Shown: positions 52,972 through 64,000 of the stretch, piece by piece
Layout: every line of letters starts with the position of its first letter
Position numbering within the stretch: position 1 is the stretch's first letter
From: Trichodelitschia bisporula
Lineage: Eukaryota
Assembly (NCBI GenBank): GCA_010356995.1
Contig: ML996688.1
Span: forward strand, 1,240,001 to 1,304,000
Length of the DNA stretch: 64,000 bases
Direction of reading: 5' to 3'
Position numbers and translations under genes: made by a program
Notes under the pieces: generated by a model
What the model was told of the DNA's origin: nothing
Seen by the model: only the letters and a program-made list of their open reading frames with translations
Databases searched by the model: none

Positions 52972-55480
52972 ATGTCACCAAAAGTCTTGATATGTCTTCA
53001 TCGTCGGGACCTTCGCCTCTCCGACAATCCGATTTACCACGAAGTAAACATGCTTCAAGGTTCACCGGACTGCCAATTCACCCACATATTGCCGATGTAT
53101 GTCTTCCCCGCGCAGCAAATTGAGGTCTCGGGCTTTGTGCCTGAAGAGGCATCGGATGAGGCCAAGAGTCCGTATCCCCCAGCACAGAGTCAGGTGGCCA
53201 AGTTCTGGCGCTGCGGGCCGCATCGCGCCAAATTCATCGCCGAGAGCGTATGGGATCTCAGAGGAAGCCTCGAGCGTGTGGGCAGCGGTCTGGAAATACG
53301 CGTGGGAACAATATCCGACGTTGTCCAGGGGTTGCTTGAGTTCTATGCCCCTAACGCCGGCAAAGGGAAAGATCCGGTTGGCAGGAACGGAACGCTGACT
53401 GGGCTGTGGATGACTGAAGATGAGACATGGGAGGAGAAGCAAGAGGAGGCGGACGTGCGTCGTATTCTCGAAGAGCAGGGCATCCCGTTTCGTCTCTTCA
53501 GGGATGATAAGTTCTTTCTCCATGAGTACGATCGAGTGCCCTTTTTCTTATCTATTGCGTTTGAATCTTCTAACATGTTTCAGTGACGATTTGAAGTTTG
53601 AGTTCATCTCGGAACTACCCGATGTCTTCACTACGTTCCGTAAGTCTCTCGAGCCGCTTCGGGACCAGCCACGGCCTCCTCTCCCTAAACCAGCTCATCT
53701 ACCGCCTCTACCACCTGCCACGTTTACTCCTCCCCAAGGGCCACCGTTCGTCATTCCATCAACCCTTGATGGACTTGTCAAGGCTCTTCACAGGCCGCTT
53801 TCCGCCTCCCACTTTCCATCAGCATCCATTTCGCTGCCGAAGCCTCCAACATGGCCTCCAACTGTCACACCAGCGATAGCGAGCAGCACCCCTTCTGCAA
53901 CCTACTCGTTTCAACCTCAACAACTATTGGGCGGTGAGACGGCAGCACATGCTCGAGTCGACCACCTCCTCACGACTGGAGCGGTAGCCAGCTACAACGA
54001 GACACGAAACGGCCTTCTTGGACAGGACTTTAGCACCAAGCTATCGGCCTGGCTGGCGCAGGGATGCATTACCGCACGTCAGGTGCACGGTGCGATGCTG
54101 GCGTTTGAGAATGGTGCAAATGATGAAGAGGTGCTCAAGGTGCTGCCCTCTTTAAGTAAAGAGGGTATAGCAAGACGATGGGCGACCGCCCCGGGCTGGG
54201 CCAAGGGGAGCGAAAACGATGGATCAGCGGCTGTACGCTTTGAGTTGCTCTGGAGGGACTATATGCGCCTTTGTGCGCGGAAGTTTGGCGCGAGATTATT
54301 CTCATTGCAGGGTCTGAGGGGTGGAGGAGCTACGAGAATGTGGAGGTTGCTGGATGATGAAGGGAAACCTCTCGAGCTGGTAAGCGAGTCAGCGCCGGAG
54401 ACTTTAGCGACAGCAACTACATCAAAGGAGCCGACAACAACGTCACTGAAAACGCCAACATCGGATTCTGCTTCCAAAACTCAGTCAAGGGGCGAATCTG
54501 CGGTACAAACCGACAGTGCTCCCGAACCCGTCGACACCCAGTCCCAATCCCTTGCACCCGCACCCGCACCCGGGCCCAGCGCGACCGAATTTTCTGTTCG
54601 GGAAATCATGACGCGCTTCTGCTCCGGCCGCACGGGAATGGGTCTAATCGACGCCTCAGCCCGCGAGCTGTTTCTCACGGGGTACACGTCTAACCGTGCG
54701 CGTCAGAATGCGGCGTCCTTCCTGACGAAGCAGATGGGCGTGGACTGGCGTCTCGGAGCCGAGTGGTACGAGTGCATGCTCGTCGACTACGACTGTGCGA
54801 ACAACTGGGGCAACTGGCAGTACGTCGCGGGGGTGGGCAACGATCCCCGCGAGGGTCGTGTCTTCAACCCCGTCAAGCAGGGCCTCGAGTACGATCCGCG
54901 CGGCGATTACGTGCGCTTCTGGGTGTGGGAGTTGCGAGGCGTGGATGTCGGGGGGGCAGTGGCCCCACGGACCGCGCCCTCGGGTCCCGCACCCTCGTCT
55001 TCTTCCGCCGGAGTGGCAGGGCGCGCGGACGACCCGCCGCGTCAGACCCCTCCCGGCGACGGTGAAAAGCTCATGGGCGTGTTTCAGGCGTGGCGGCTAC
55101 CGGAGGAGGAGAAGAGGCGACTTGGCTTGCGCGGTGAGGATTGGGTTGAGCGCCCGCTCGTTCCGATCAAGTTCTCGGTCGGTCGGAAGCCAAGACCTGG
55201 AGGTGGCACGGGGCGCGCCGCAGCGGTGAACTGGCCTGCGGCATCTGGAGGTGGAGCGGTGGGGGGTGGGGTCAGTGGTGCGCCTAGTGGACCGAGTGCC
55301 GGGAGAGGAGGGTTTCGTGGCCGGGGACGTGGGAGGGGGAGGGGCAGAGGTCCTTCGCGGGGACGTGGGAGGGGTGGATCGCGGGGCGGTGGCGTGGGTG
55401 GCGGTGTGGGCGGTCTGAATGGTACGGGCGTTGGGTCTGGGCCGGGCGGCGCGGGGAGTTCAACTGCTGCCGGTATCTGA
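52972..55480 (+). CDS. cry: Cryptochrome DASH (photolyase/cryptochrome family) with Gly/RGG tail, intron 53526-53583
   Basis: RRDLRLSDNP, FWRCGPHRAKFIAESVWDLR, LPDVFTTFRK, YNETRNGLLGQDFSTKLSAWLAQG, FELLWRDY, TGYTSNRARQN, DWRLGAEWYE..DYD..NWGNWQYVAGVGNDPR, FNPVKQ. Confidence 0.95.
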
Positions 55481-58416
55481 GGCTGAGGCTGAGGCTGGAG
55501 TGAAGAGTTTTTGCGGGGATTATTCTCGGGTAGGGCTCGCGTGACCCTAGCAAACGCGTGGGGTTAGCCTTGCTCGTGCCAGCGGGCTGGTAGGTTTGGA
55601 CGTTGGGTAGTGAAGTATCAAGGATCTGCGTTCCTGTGGGCTGGGACGGGGGCGACTGATTGCGCCGCGGGCTGGCTGGAGTTTCTTTTCTTTCGCGAAT
55701 GACATCTAGACTTGGGGCTTGGGCATTTGGGCAGGGACACTGTGGGAAGTAGTGGCGCTCATTATAATTTAGGGATTCGGTGTGTAGGAACTGGGCTTTT
55801 AATGGGATTGGTAAGTTGCGTTTTCCTTCATATGTCGAAGAAAGGTTCACCGCATGCTCTCTTCATCTTCTCCCAATGGTGGTACGCGTTCAAGACGTGG
55901 TCGGATGTCAGGCAGAATAGACAGGTATCGTAAGAGGGAAGATTATTTGACTGTTTTGGGGGGCATCGCGTTCTAATTGATGGACATGAATGTCAGAAAC
56001 GGCTGCCCAGCATGTGGAAAAAAACGAAAGTGTGCGTGAAGCCATACGGACGAATGGCACATGAAAAGAGGGGCTCAATCCTGCGCGGTCTGGCAGCTGG
56101 TTAGCGATCTGGCCGCATCCCGATCGCCTCGACCACTCGGGGACTCAGGTGAGCTATTTCCGGCTGGTACCTATCAGGCATGCGGCCACGCCTGCGGCCT
56201 GACGTCAAGAGATATCTGCACGAAGTTGGCGGCCACGACAAACGTGTACCAGTCCTGGCGTTTCCGCGCGGCGTGGCGCACCGATTCGGAGATGGCTGCG
56301 CGGATATTTGATTGGTCCATGAACGTTTGGGCGCATCGGGTTGGTTGAGAGGGAACCGAAGGCGTCGCACGCCATCGGCGTGGCGCATGGGCGGTCTGTG
56401 TTACTGTGGGTTGCGTGGCGTCGCGGCTCGGAAGCTTCGAAGCGAGTGAAGCTTAAGTCACAAGATCAACAAGAAGAAGTGCGATGGGCATGAATCGGTG
56501 CTTATCGGTCGTTTGAAGCAACGGCAATGGCGGAGGGCCCGTTACTCCTTCTCCTCCAAGACCTTCGCGGAGCTGCCGCTGTGGCAACAACCTCGTGTCC
56601 CTCCTCCACTCCCGGCATCCGCACAACCCCGCCAATTGCGCGCGGCACGGCGTGGGTGTTTGCGGCTGCTCGGCTGCTCCCAGGGAAGCGCGGCGTCGGC
56701 GCGCGTGGTTGAGATCTCTGGTACCCGTACCGCTGAGCTCACGAGGGAGGAGGATACGCGAATGCGGGTGGTGCGGAGTGCGGAGATAATGGCCTAATTG
56801 GGAGGGTAAGATCCGAGGACGTACCAACTTATTGTGGGGAGATGCGAGAGGGTGGGGGACAGATGAGAAGGGAAGTGGCGACTGCCGGTTGGGTTGTGCA
56901 GTCTGTACCTACGTAGTTGCATCTCGGTGTGGGAGGATGGTCTGGCACGGTGTAGCGCATGCCTCTTGCTGGTGCGGTGAGAAGCGAAGGGGGGGTGAGG
57001 AGGGGGTTGTGGAGTCCGGGGGGGGAAGCGCGGAGAGGTGGCGGATGAGTACGTTACTGTACAGTAATGGCTGCAGGTCGTCAGTTGCCGTAGTGGCCGT
57101 ATGTACTTACAGTACCTTGTTGAATCTGTCTTGCTGTATATAAGGTGTTCCTTTACAGTACCTAGTGCGCTTCGATTATCGATGGATGAGAGGAACGCAC
57201 CTCTTGCATTCACCTTGTGCCTTCCGCTTTGGGACTAGCCCATACTCAGCCTTTTCACGGCCTGAGAGCAGCCTGAGATCAGGTACTACCGAGCTGGATC
57301 CCAAAAGGCTCTAACGCTCTTGAAGCTATTGGAAAGTGAGGCGTTTTTTTCCCATGAGTTCAGGTATAACCAGAGGCCAATATAGCCTCAGCGTTGCCTT
57401 TGGCGTTAGGGAGAGGCAGTCGGCATCGCGCATCATGCCTAGCACGCCGTGCACGCCTAGCACGATGCCAGGTAAACCTGGAGACTTCGGCCCTGTCTCG
57501 GAGCAAAAATGGTCCGGGCCGGAGTCTACTCCGTATTTGAGTCCCGATGTCGAACTGCGCCTTCCTCAGTACCGAATCATTTGCTACCTTGGCTACCTCG
57601 AACAAGGTAAACTAGCCCAACGGGGTAATTAAACAGGCGATCCCCTTCCTACCCCTCTTCGGGCTTCCGTGGCCGTCTCCGCGCCATTCCGTCCAACGGG
57701 AAGAGTCAGCAACGCACCGCACTTCAACCCCCACCCCACAAGCCATCTCAGCGCGAAGAGCGATAAATTTCTCCTGACAGAAACCTCTTTAGCTGTGAAA
57801 TTCCTTCATCTCGTCTTGAACGCTTCATCGCCCATCACTATCACCATCTCATCGTGAGCTCTGCGTGATTAGGTTGCATACTATACAATACACAGTAGCT
57901 TACCGCGGTACGCTGGTCGGTTAAAGTTCGTCGAATCGTCGATCGCGCGGAGACTGCAGCGGATCAAACGTCGTTCCACCTCGTCTGACGCACGGGGACA
58001 CCGATACCACCCCCCCCCGTCTGCCTCTCAACCACTCTCTATTACCTTTCCTTTCCATCGGACCCTTCACCGTCGTCTCTCTTCTCCCTCTTGTCCACTT
58101 GTCGCAACAACAAACTACGGTAACAACGACCCGACGTCACCGCCTGTGTCGCCCGTTGCTTGTCGCCTACCGTATCGCCTGTCCTCTCTTCCGCAGCCCA
58201 CCTTAACCTTACTCGTATCCTCTACCCCACCCCGCTCTCGTCCTTCCTTTCCTAGCGCCCGTCTGCAAGCCGTGTAGCACGACATCTTCCCATTCGTCCC
58301 ACCTTGTGTTCGTTACATCTTTCCTGCCCTCAGCCACTGCGCGGTTTGCGGGTAGTCGGCGGCTACCTAGCAACCCCAATCCCCACTACTATCCGGGAAA
58401 CCGGTGCGAGAAAGTG

Positions 58417-58469
58417 AGGGAAGAGAGAGAAAGAGAAAGATAGAGGAAGATAGAGAAAGATAGAGAAAG
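58417..58469 (+). repeat. GA-rich tract with three 10-bp-periodic AGATAG units
   Basis: aaagatagaggaagatagagaaagatagagaaag. Confidence 0.75.
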
Positions 58470-58924
58470 TCGGTCAAAAAACGCTACTGTATACGCTCTG
58501 GTACGCGCATACTCTTCAGAACGTCCCTTTGCGATCATCGACATTTGTCTCGTCCGCCAGCTCCGCATGTTTTTGTGTCCCCTCTGAGCGCAAACAAACA
58601 AAAGGTCGGCTAAATCGCGTTGGTCCGCTTGGTACGCCATCTCGAACCCTCATCCCCGAACCAATGAATTGGCATGGTTTCCTTTGGTGAAGAGGAAAAA
58701 AAGGCCTAACTACTACTGTAGTCGAAAGAAGTAGATCTCTTCAGCGCCAGAAAGAAAAGCTTGGCCTCGACGACCCCGCGACAGCAGTCCCCGCTGGGGA
58801 TAAGAGACAACATTCAATCCACCTGCGTCCGTTCTCTATCACATACCCAACCGCTTCTCTCTAAGACCCAACTGAAACAAATCGATCCAGCACGCCGTCG
58901 CCATTACTGGCACGAGAGCGTCTG

Positions 58925-61900
58925 ATGACCGTCGTTGGGCTGGTCGATGTCCTCAGCCAAGATGCCTTGGCCCTTCACTCACCCACCTCCGATCATGACA
59001 TCTCAGCCCTCCACCTATGCGCATCGCGTAACGTGACCAAATCAACCATGAGCACCGTCTCTCTCTATGAATTCCTGAGCATCGACTGGCGCCCCGCTTT
59101 CGTGTTGTTACGGGCAGAAAAGCACTCGTCAGATTTCGACCCTCCTGTCCAGCACACGGACCTCACCATTGAGTATTCCAACCCCGCCCTACTCAATGCA
59201 TCCGGCCTGCTTGACGTGGTACGCTCCGAGCTCGATGCGGGGCCGTTCCGGAAATGGGCCTTATCCGGCCTGCGCTCGACGTTTACGGTTGCTTCTTACT
59301 TGTGGACTGCCTGCGCCCTGGACGACCGTTGGACCATAGTTAGCGGCACAGCGCTCGAGTCCAAAGACTGTGACAGTGCTGGCATCCTGCTAGTTGAGCC
59401 ACCTCCCACCGATGCACCATCATGTTCTTTCGACCTGCAGACGGCGCCCCACGGTAAATTAGCTCCACGGCTACTAGACCGTCCGTTGCGCCACTCATCA
59501 TCGCAAATCCTCGCGCACAAGGTCCTTGAGCACGTGCCGTTGCGCCACTTCGATCCAAACGCTTACCCGGCCGCGCACGATAAAGATGCGGGAGTCGTGC
59601 TCCCAATCCTCAGTTCGCTGGAGGTCGAACGTGTGGAGGTCCACAAGGCCAGCGTTACGTCCACGCCGCATAAGGGAGGCCACCATGACTGGACGGGCCT
59701 CGAGGAGCCTCTGCATCTATCGAAGCACGTGGAATTGGCTCGAAAACTAGACTGGAGCCGTACACCCCTTGGTCCGAGGACGATGTGGAGTGAGCGGTTG
59801 CGTATGGCGGCGAACATGGTCATGGCGGATACACATGCCGCAGTTCTATTCTGGGGCGATGAGGGAGTTATGATTTATAACGAGCTGTACATACCGTTGA
59901 TTGAGGTAAGGTTCTCCCGTCTAGAATAGGGGTTGTTACTAACGGTTTAGGCATATCATCCTCAGTGCCTAGGGAGTAGCGTCTTCTCGTCTTTGAAAGA
60001 ATTCAAGGACCGAATCTCCCCTATCTTTGGGCATGGCCGTTGTACAGGGGAGACGGTCCACCAAGAAGATGTTCCGATGTTCCTGACGAGGAACGGTAAG
60101 CTGGAAGAATGCTTCTTCAGCATTAAGCTCATGCCCATACTGGGAGAAAACGGAACTGTTGTGGGGCACTATGAGACAATTAATGAGACGACGATGAAGA
60201 TCGTCACGGACCGAAGGTATGTTTCAAGCCCTACTTGGAATATAAGCTCACATTCTAGGCTCGCTACCTTTATCGAAACTGGCGTCAGCACGGCCATGGC
60301 CCGCTCACTCGACGACTTCTGGCGTTTGGGCATGCAGTCCCTGAAAGCTAATGACAAGGACATGCCCTTCGCACTCATCTATGGCATAGAGGACAAAGGT
60401 TGTACCACACCCATGCCTATGACGTGTGCGAGCACCAATCTTGCTGGCCGAGCTGCTGTCCTAAAGAGTTGCCTTGGTGTTCCTATCGACCATCCCGCCG
60501 CACCGCAACGGTTGTGCCTCGAGCTGGACACCGAGGGATACGCACCATTCTTCAGGCGAGCTGTTCGGAGCGGACAGTTAGTGGTGTTGCATATTGAGGA
60601 TGGTAGTCTGCCACATCACCTGGTCGAAGGACTACCAAGCGGAGGCCGTGGATTCGGAGACCAGTGCAGCAGCGTCGCCATCTCCGCCATCACCCCTACG
60701 GGCAGCTCGAAAGTAGTTGGTTTCTTCGTTGTCGGGTTTAATCCACGCCAACCGGTCGATGCTGCAGCGGTATCCTTCGTCCAAGCTACCAGCAGGCTGC
60801 TCGCCACGTCTATGGCATCGGTGGTGCTGATGGAAGAGGAGGTCGGCAAGCGCCAGGCCATGATCGAGCAATCTGCAGTTGTGCAGGCCGACATGGCGAA
60901 GCAACTCCGCGTTCACCAGCAATTGGCGGAGGTTCAAGAACGGCGACTTCAGCGCTTTGCCGAGCGCGCCGACGTAGGCATCTTCATCGCCGACGCACTG
61001 GGTAATTTCACGTACCACAACGAGAAGTATGTTGATATCATAACCCCGGACGACCCCATCGACGCCAAACCAGATGCCAACATCATTTCAGCGTGGTGCC
61101 ATGTCGTCTGTGGAGATGACCGGCGTACCTGTGAAAACGCCTGGGAGACGCTCACCGTTAGCAAGGAGCCTGTTTCCTTCGAGCTCCGGCTCAACCATGC
61201 CTGGGACGTGAGACAGGAGAAGCGGCGCAAGTCAAATTCCGAATTCGCTCCGCCGGCCGATGATGAGGAGCATAACGTCTGGGTGCTCTGCTCCATGTAT
61301 CCAGAAGTGGACGCGGATGGCAAGCTAAAAGAGATTGTTGGCTGCGCTATTGACATCAGCCGACTGAAGTGGGCCGAACGTGTGGAGCGTCAGCGGACGG
61401 TGGATGCTCTGCAGGCGAAGCACCACCTCGAGAACTTCATCGATACCTTTAGCCACGAAATGCGTAATCCGCTGAGCGCCATAACGCACAGCGCCGACGG
61501 TCTCTTTAGCACCGCCCAGCGAATCTTCACCACCTATCCATCCAAGGATCATGTACCGCGCGAACGCCGCGAGCTGATAGACTCCGTCCTCGAGGCCGCA
61601 GAGGACATCATTCAGTGTGCCACCCACCAACGGCGCATCGTCGATGACGTGCTCACCGTGTCCAAACTTGAATCGAATTTGCTCACCATCATGCCAACCG
61701 AAATGCAACCCGAGTCGGATCTGCGCCACATTTTGCGCATGTTTGACGGCGAAGTTCGGGCTGCTGACGTCAAGGTCGAGTTTACCGTTGAACCCGCCTA
61801 CCGCGCCCTATTCGTTGACTGGCTTGTGCTGGACCGTGCACGTATCCTCCAGGTGTTCGTGAATCTTCTCACCAACGCGTTGCGCTCTACGCGCTTTAAC

Positions 61901-63031
61901 TGCGATTCCGATCGCCGCATTTCAGTTAAACTGACAGCCTCAATTGAAGAGCCGGCACCCGAATCTTACGGTGTGAGCTTCATCCCAGCCTCTACGAACC
62001 CTGGCGAGCCCCCCATTGATCCAACCACTGGCCAGGAGTGGGGGTTGGGTGAAACCGTCTACCTCATTGTCACTCTGCACGACTCAGGACGGGGTCTTGC
62101 GCCAGAAGAGAAAGAACTGCTCTTCGCACGCCTCTCGGGATCGACGAAGTCCCCGCGATCCCATGTCCAATACGGCGGCAACGGCCTCGGGCTCTTCATC
62201 TCACGCCGCTTGACGGAGATGCAGGGCGGAGCCGTGGGCTTCGCCTCCCGCGACGACGCCGGTGGAAACACATTCGCGTTCTATGTGCGCGCGCGCCGCC
62301 GGCAGGGGTCGGAGCACTCACTGTCCTCTCCGCCATTGACGCCCCCCACCGTCCCTCTCCGGCACCCAACGTGGTCGCATAAGGCACGAGAGAGCGTCCA
62401 CGCGGGCGCATCAGAGATTTCACCGGGCCTGGCGGAGATCGGCGACGTGGCGCAATTGATTCGGCGACCGTCGAATTCTAACATCCATGTACTGCTTGTG
62501 GAGGACAACCTGGTGAACCAGCGTGTACTGGCGAAGCAGCTGCGGAAGCTGGGGTGCGAGGTCAACGTTGCGAACCACGGAGTGGAGGCGCTACGACACC
62601 TGAGGGCGACAAAATTCTGGACTGCTGCGGAGGAGAGCGGCCCGGGGTCTGACGAGAGAGAACAAGACAGTGCGAGCAAGATAGCGGCGATGTCGATGAA
62701 AAGTGCGCCGAACCCGACTGATCTCTCCGTCGTGCTGATGGACTGGGAAATGCCGGTTATGGATGGTATCACGTGCGTCAAAAAGATTCGCGAGATGCAG
62801 GGCCTCGGCGAGTTGTCGGGGCATGTGCCCGTTATTGCGGTGACGGCGAATGCAAGGGGAGAGCAGCTAGATATGGCGCTCGAGGCTGGGATGGTGGGTT
62901 ACTTCCTTCTCTTTTCGGGAACAGAGGTTTATGGTTTTTTTCGGCAGGACGACGTCATCACCAAGCCCTTCCGGATGCCAGATCTCATGGCGCGGATCAA
63001 AGGCCTGCTGGACAAGATCGCCACGAGATAG
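58925..63031 (+). CDS. Hybrid sensor histidine kinase/response regulator (PAS/GAF-like, HisKA, HATPase, REC); start 58925 or 59048
   Basis: DWSRTPLGP..LFWG..IYN sensor domain, H-box FSHEMRNPLSAI, N-box NLLTNA, DSGRG, GLGLFISR, receiver LLVEDN..DWEMPVMDG..KPF. Introns 59906-59950, 60217-60258, 62894-62947. Confidence 0.95.
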
Positions 63032-63656
63032 GTTGGGGAAAGTTAAGGAGATTTTGACTCATGTATTGGGTCTGGTAAAAGCGATGACCTAGAGGTGAAT
63101 CTTCGGCTTTCGTTGATCGGTACATTCGCTAACTGTCGCAGGGCGATGTGTTTCCCGCGGCGCTGTTGCACGCTCGCTCGTGTAGTGCGACTCTTCTCGG
63201 CTGTGCCGCATGATGTTTGCGTTCCATATGAAGCGAAGACCTTTTCATTATTCGAGAGTATGATATCCAAGAGAAAGGTACGGAAGCTAGTGATGGAGCA
63301 ACCTGGGCGTCATGATTTTGGTATAGGATACGCCTCTGAGAGGCTTCGGACTAAGGAAAGAATTGGAGGGCGCAAAGGGTTTAAAGTACAGCTCTTTTTT
63401 TTAGTGTGATTTGTACGTCATGGACTGCCGAGGCAATGGCTGCGGTGAACTGCACGGGACGGCACGCCTCCGGCTAGGTGGCAGAATGAAGGGAAGCTGG
63501 TTCCGTGAGAGAGGTCGAACCAAAGAATCGTCTCACAATGACCGGCATTCCGCAAAAACAACTGTCCAGTCTTGAATCCCTATTTTTATCCCAAATGATG
63601 CACGCCTGAGGTAACCCAACTAGACTAGACGGAGAACTCACCGCAGCTCGCTCCCA

Positions 63657-64000
63657 TCACCCAACCCAGAGCTTCTCCTCGTCGGCTTTCGACGGGATAA
63701 CACGGTCACACCAGGCACACCAGCTCCTCACCTCACCTCTATTCTCCCGCTCTAGGCTCTTCATGTTCTCGCCTTCGTCCTGATACCTCATGGCTTCGGC
63801 CCCGACATATATGAGCTTCTTCGTCTTGCGCTTCACCAGTCCCCCAACGCCAACCATCTCTTGTACGTCAAATCCCGTGTGCCCCGAATTTGCAGTAATA
63901 GCGCAATCCATCTCCTTCTCAACAACCCGCGCCGCAAAACACGCATCGCATCGCCCGCACTCAACGCCCTCCATCCCTTCGCCAATACCTGTCCCCAGCC
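63657..64000 (-). CDS. 3' end of a fungal hypothetical protein with Cys-rich motifs (partial)
   Basis: MEGVECGR..C.AARVVEKEMDC and LERE..GEVRSWCAWCDRVIPS; open frame to the window edge. Confidence 0.65.
   Translation of the reverse strand, partial: LGTGIGEGMEGVECGRCDACFAARVVEKEMDCAITANSGHTGFDVQEMVGVGGLVKRKTKKLIYVGAEAMRYQDEGENMKSLERENRGEVRSWCAWCDRVIPSKADEEKLWVG

Overview
Eukaryotic genomic DNA from a filamentous ascomycete (Pezizomycotina-like; short 42-60 nt GT-AG introns with CTRAY branch points). The left ~38 kb is gene-dense housekeeping DNA: class V myosin (partial), DUF1295 protein, ABHD11-like hydrolase, 40S RPS1, a small orphan gene, URC1-type GTP cyclohydrolase II, ELF1, uracil phosphoribosyltransferase, WAPL, a small RnpA-like protein, eIF1A, Rheb, a SUT-like sugar permease, NAP1, G6PD, an MCT-type MFS transporter and a FATP/Fat1-like acyl-CoA synthetase. 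From 38 to 53 kb the DNA is nearly gene-empty apart from one five-exon gene that the ORF track misses. The window ends with a cryptochrome-DASH carrying an RGG tail, a hybrid histidine kinase and a partial unknown gene. The best novelty candidate is the protein at 20314-20835. It matches the bacterial RNase P protein (RnpA) pattern by eye and is preceded by an in-frame, presequence-like extension behind an ATG-TGA, suggesting a nuclear-encoded mitochondrial RNase P protein. Second is a partial uracil-catabolism (URC) cluster whose two genes share a CGG-N10-CCGGGTT promoter element. All assignments were made by eye; no searches were run.
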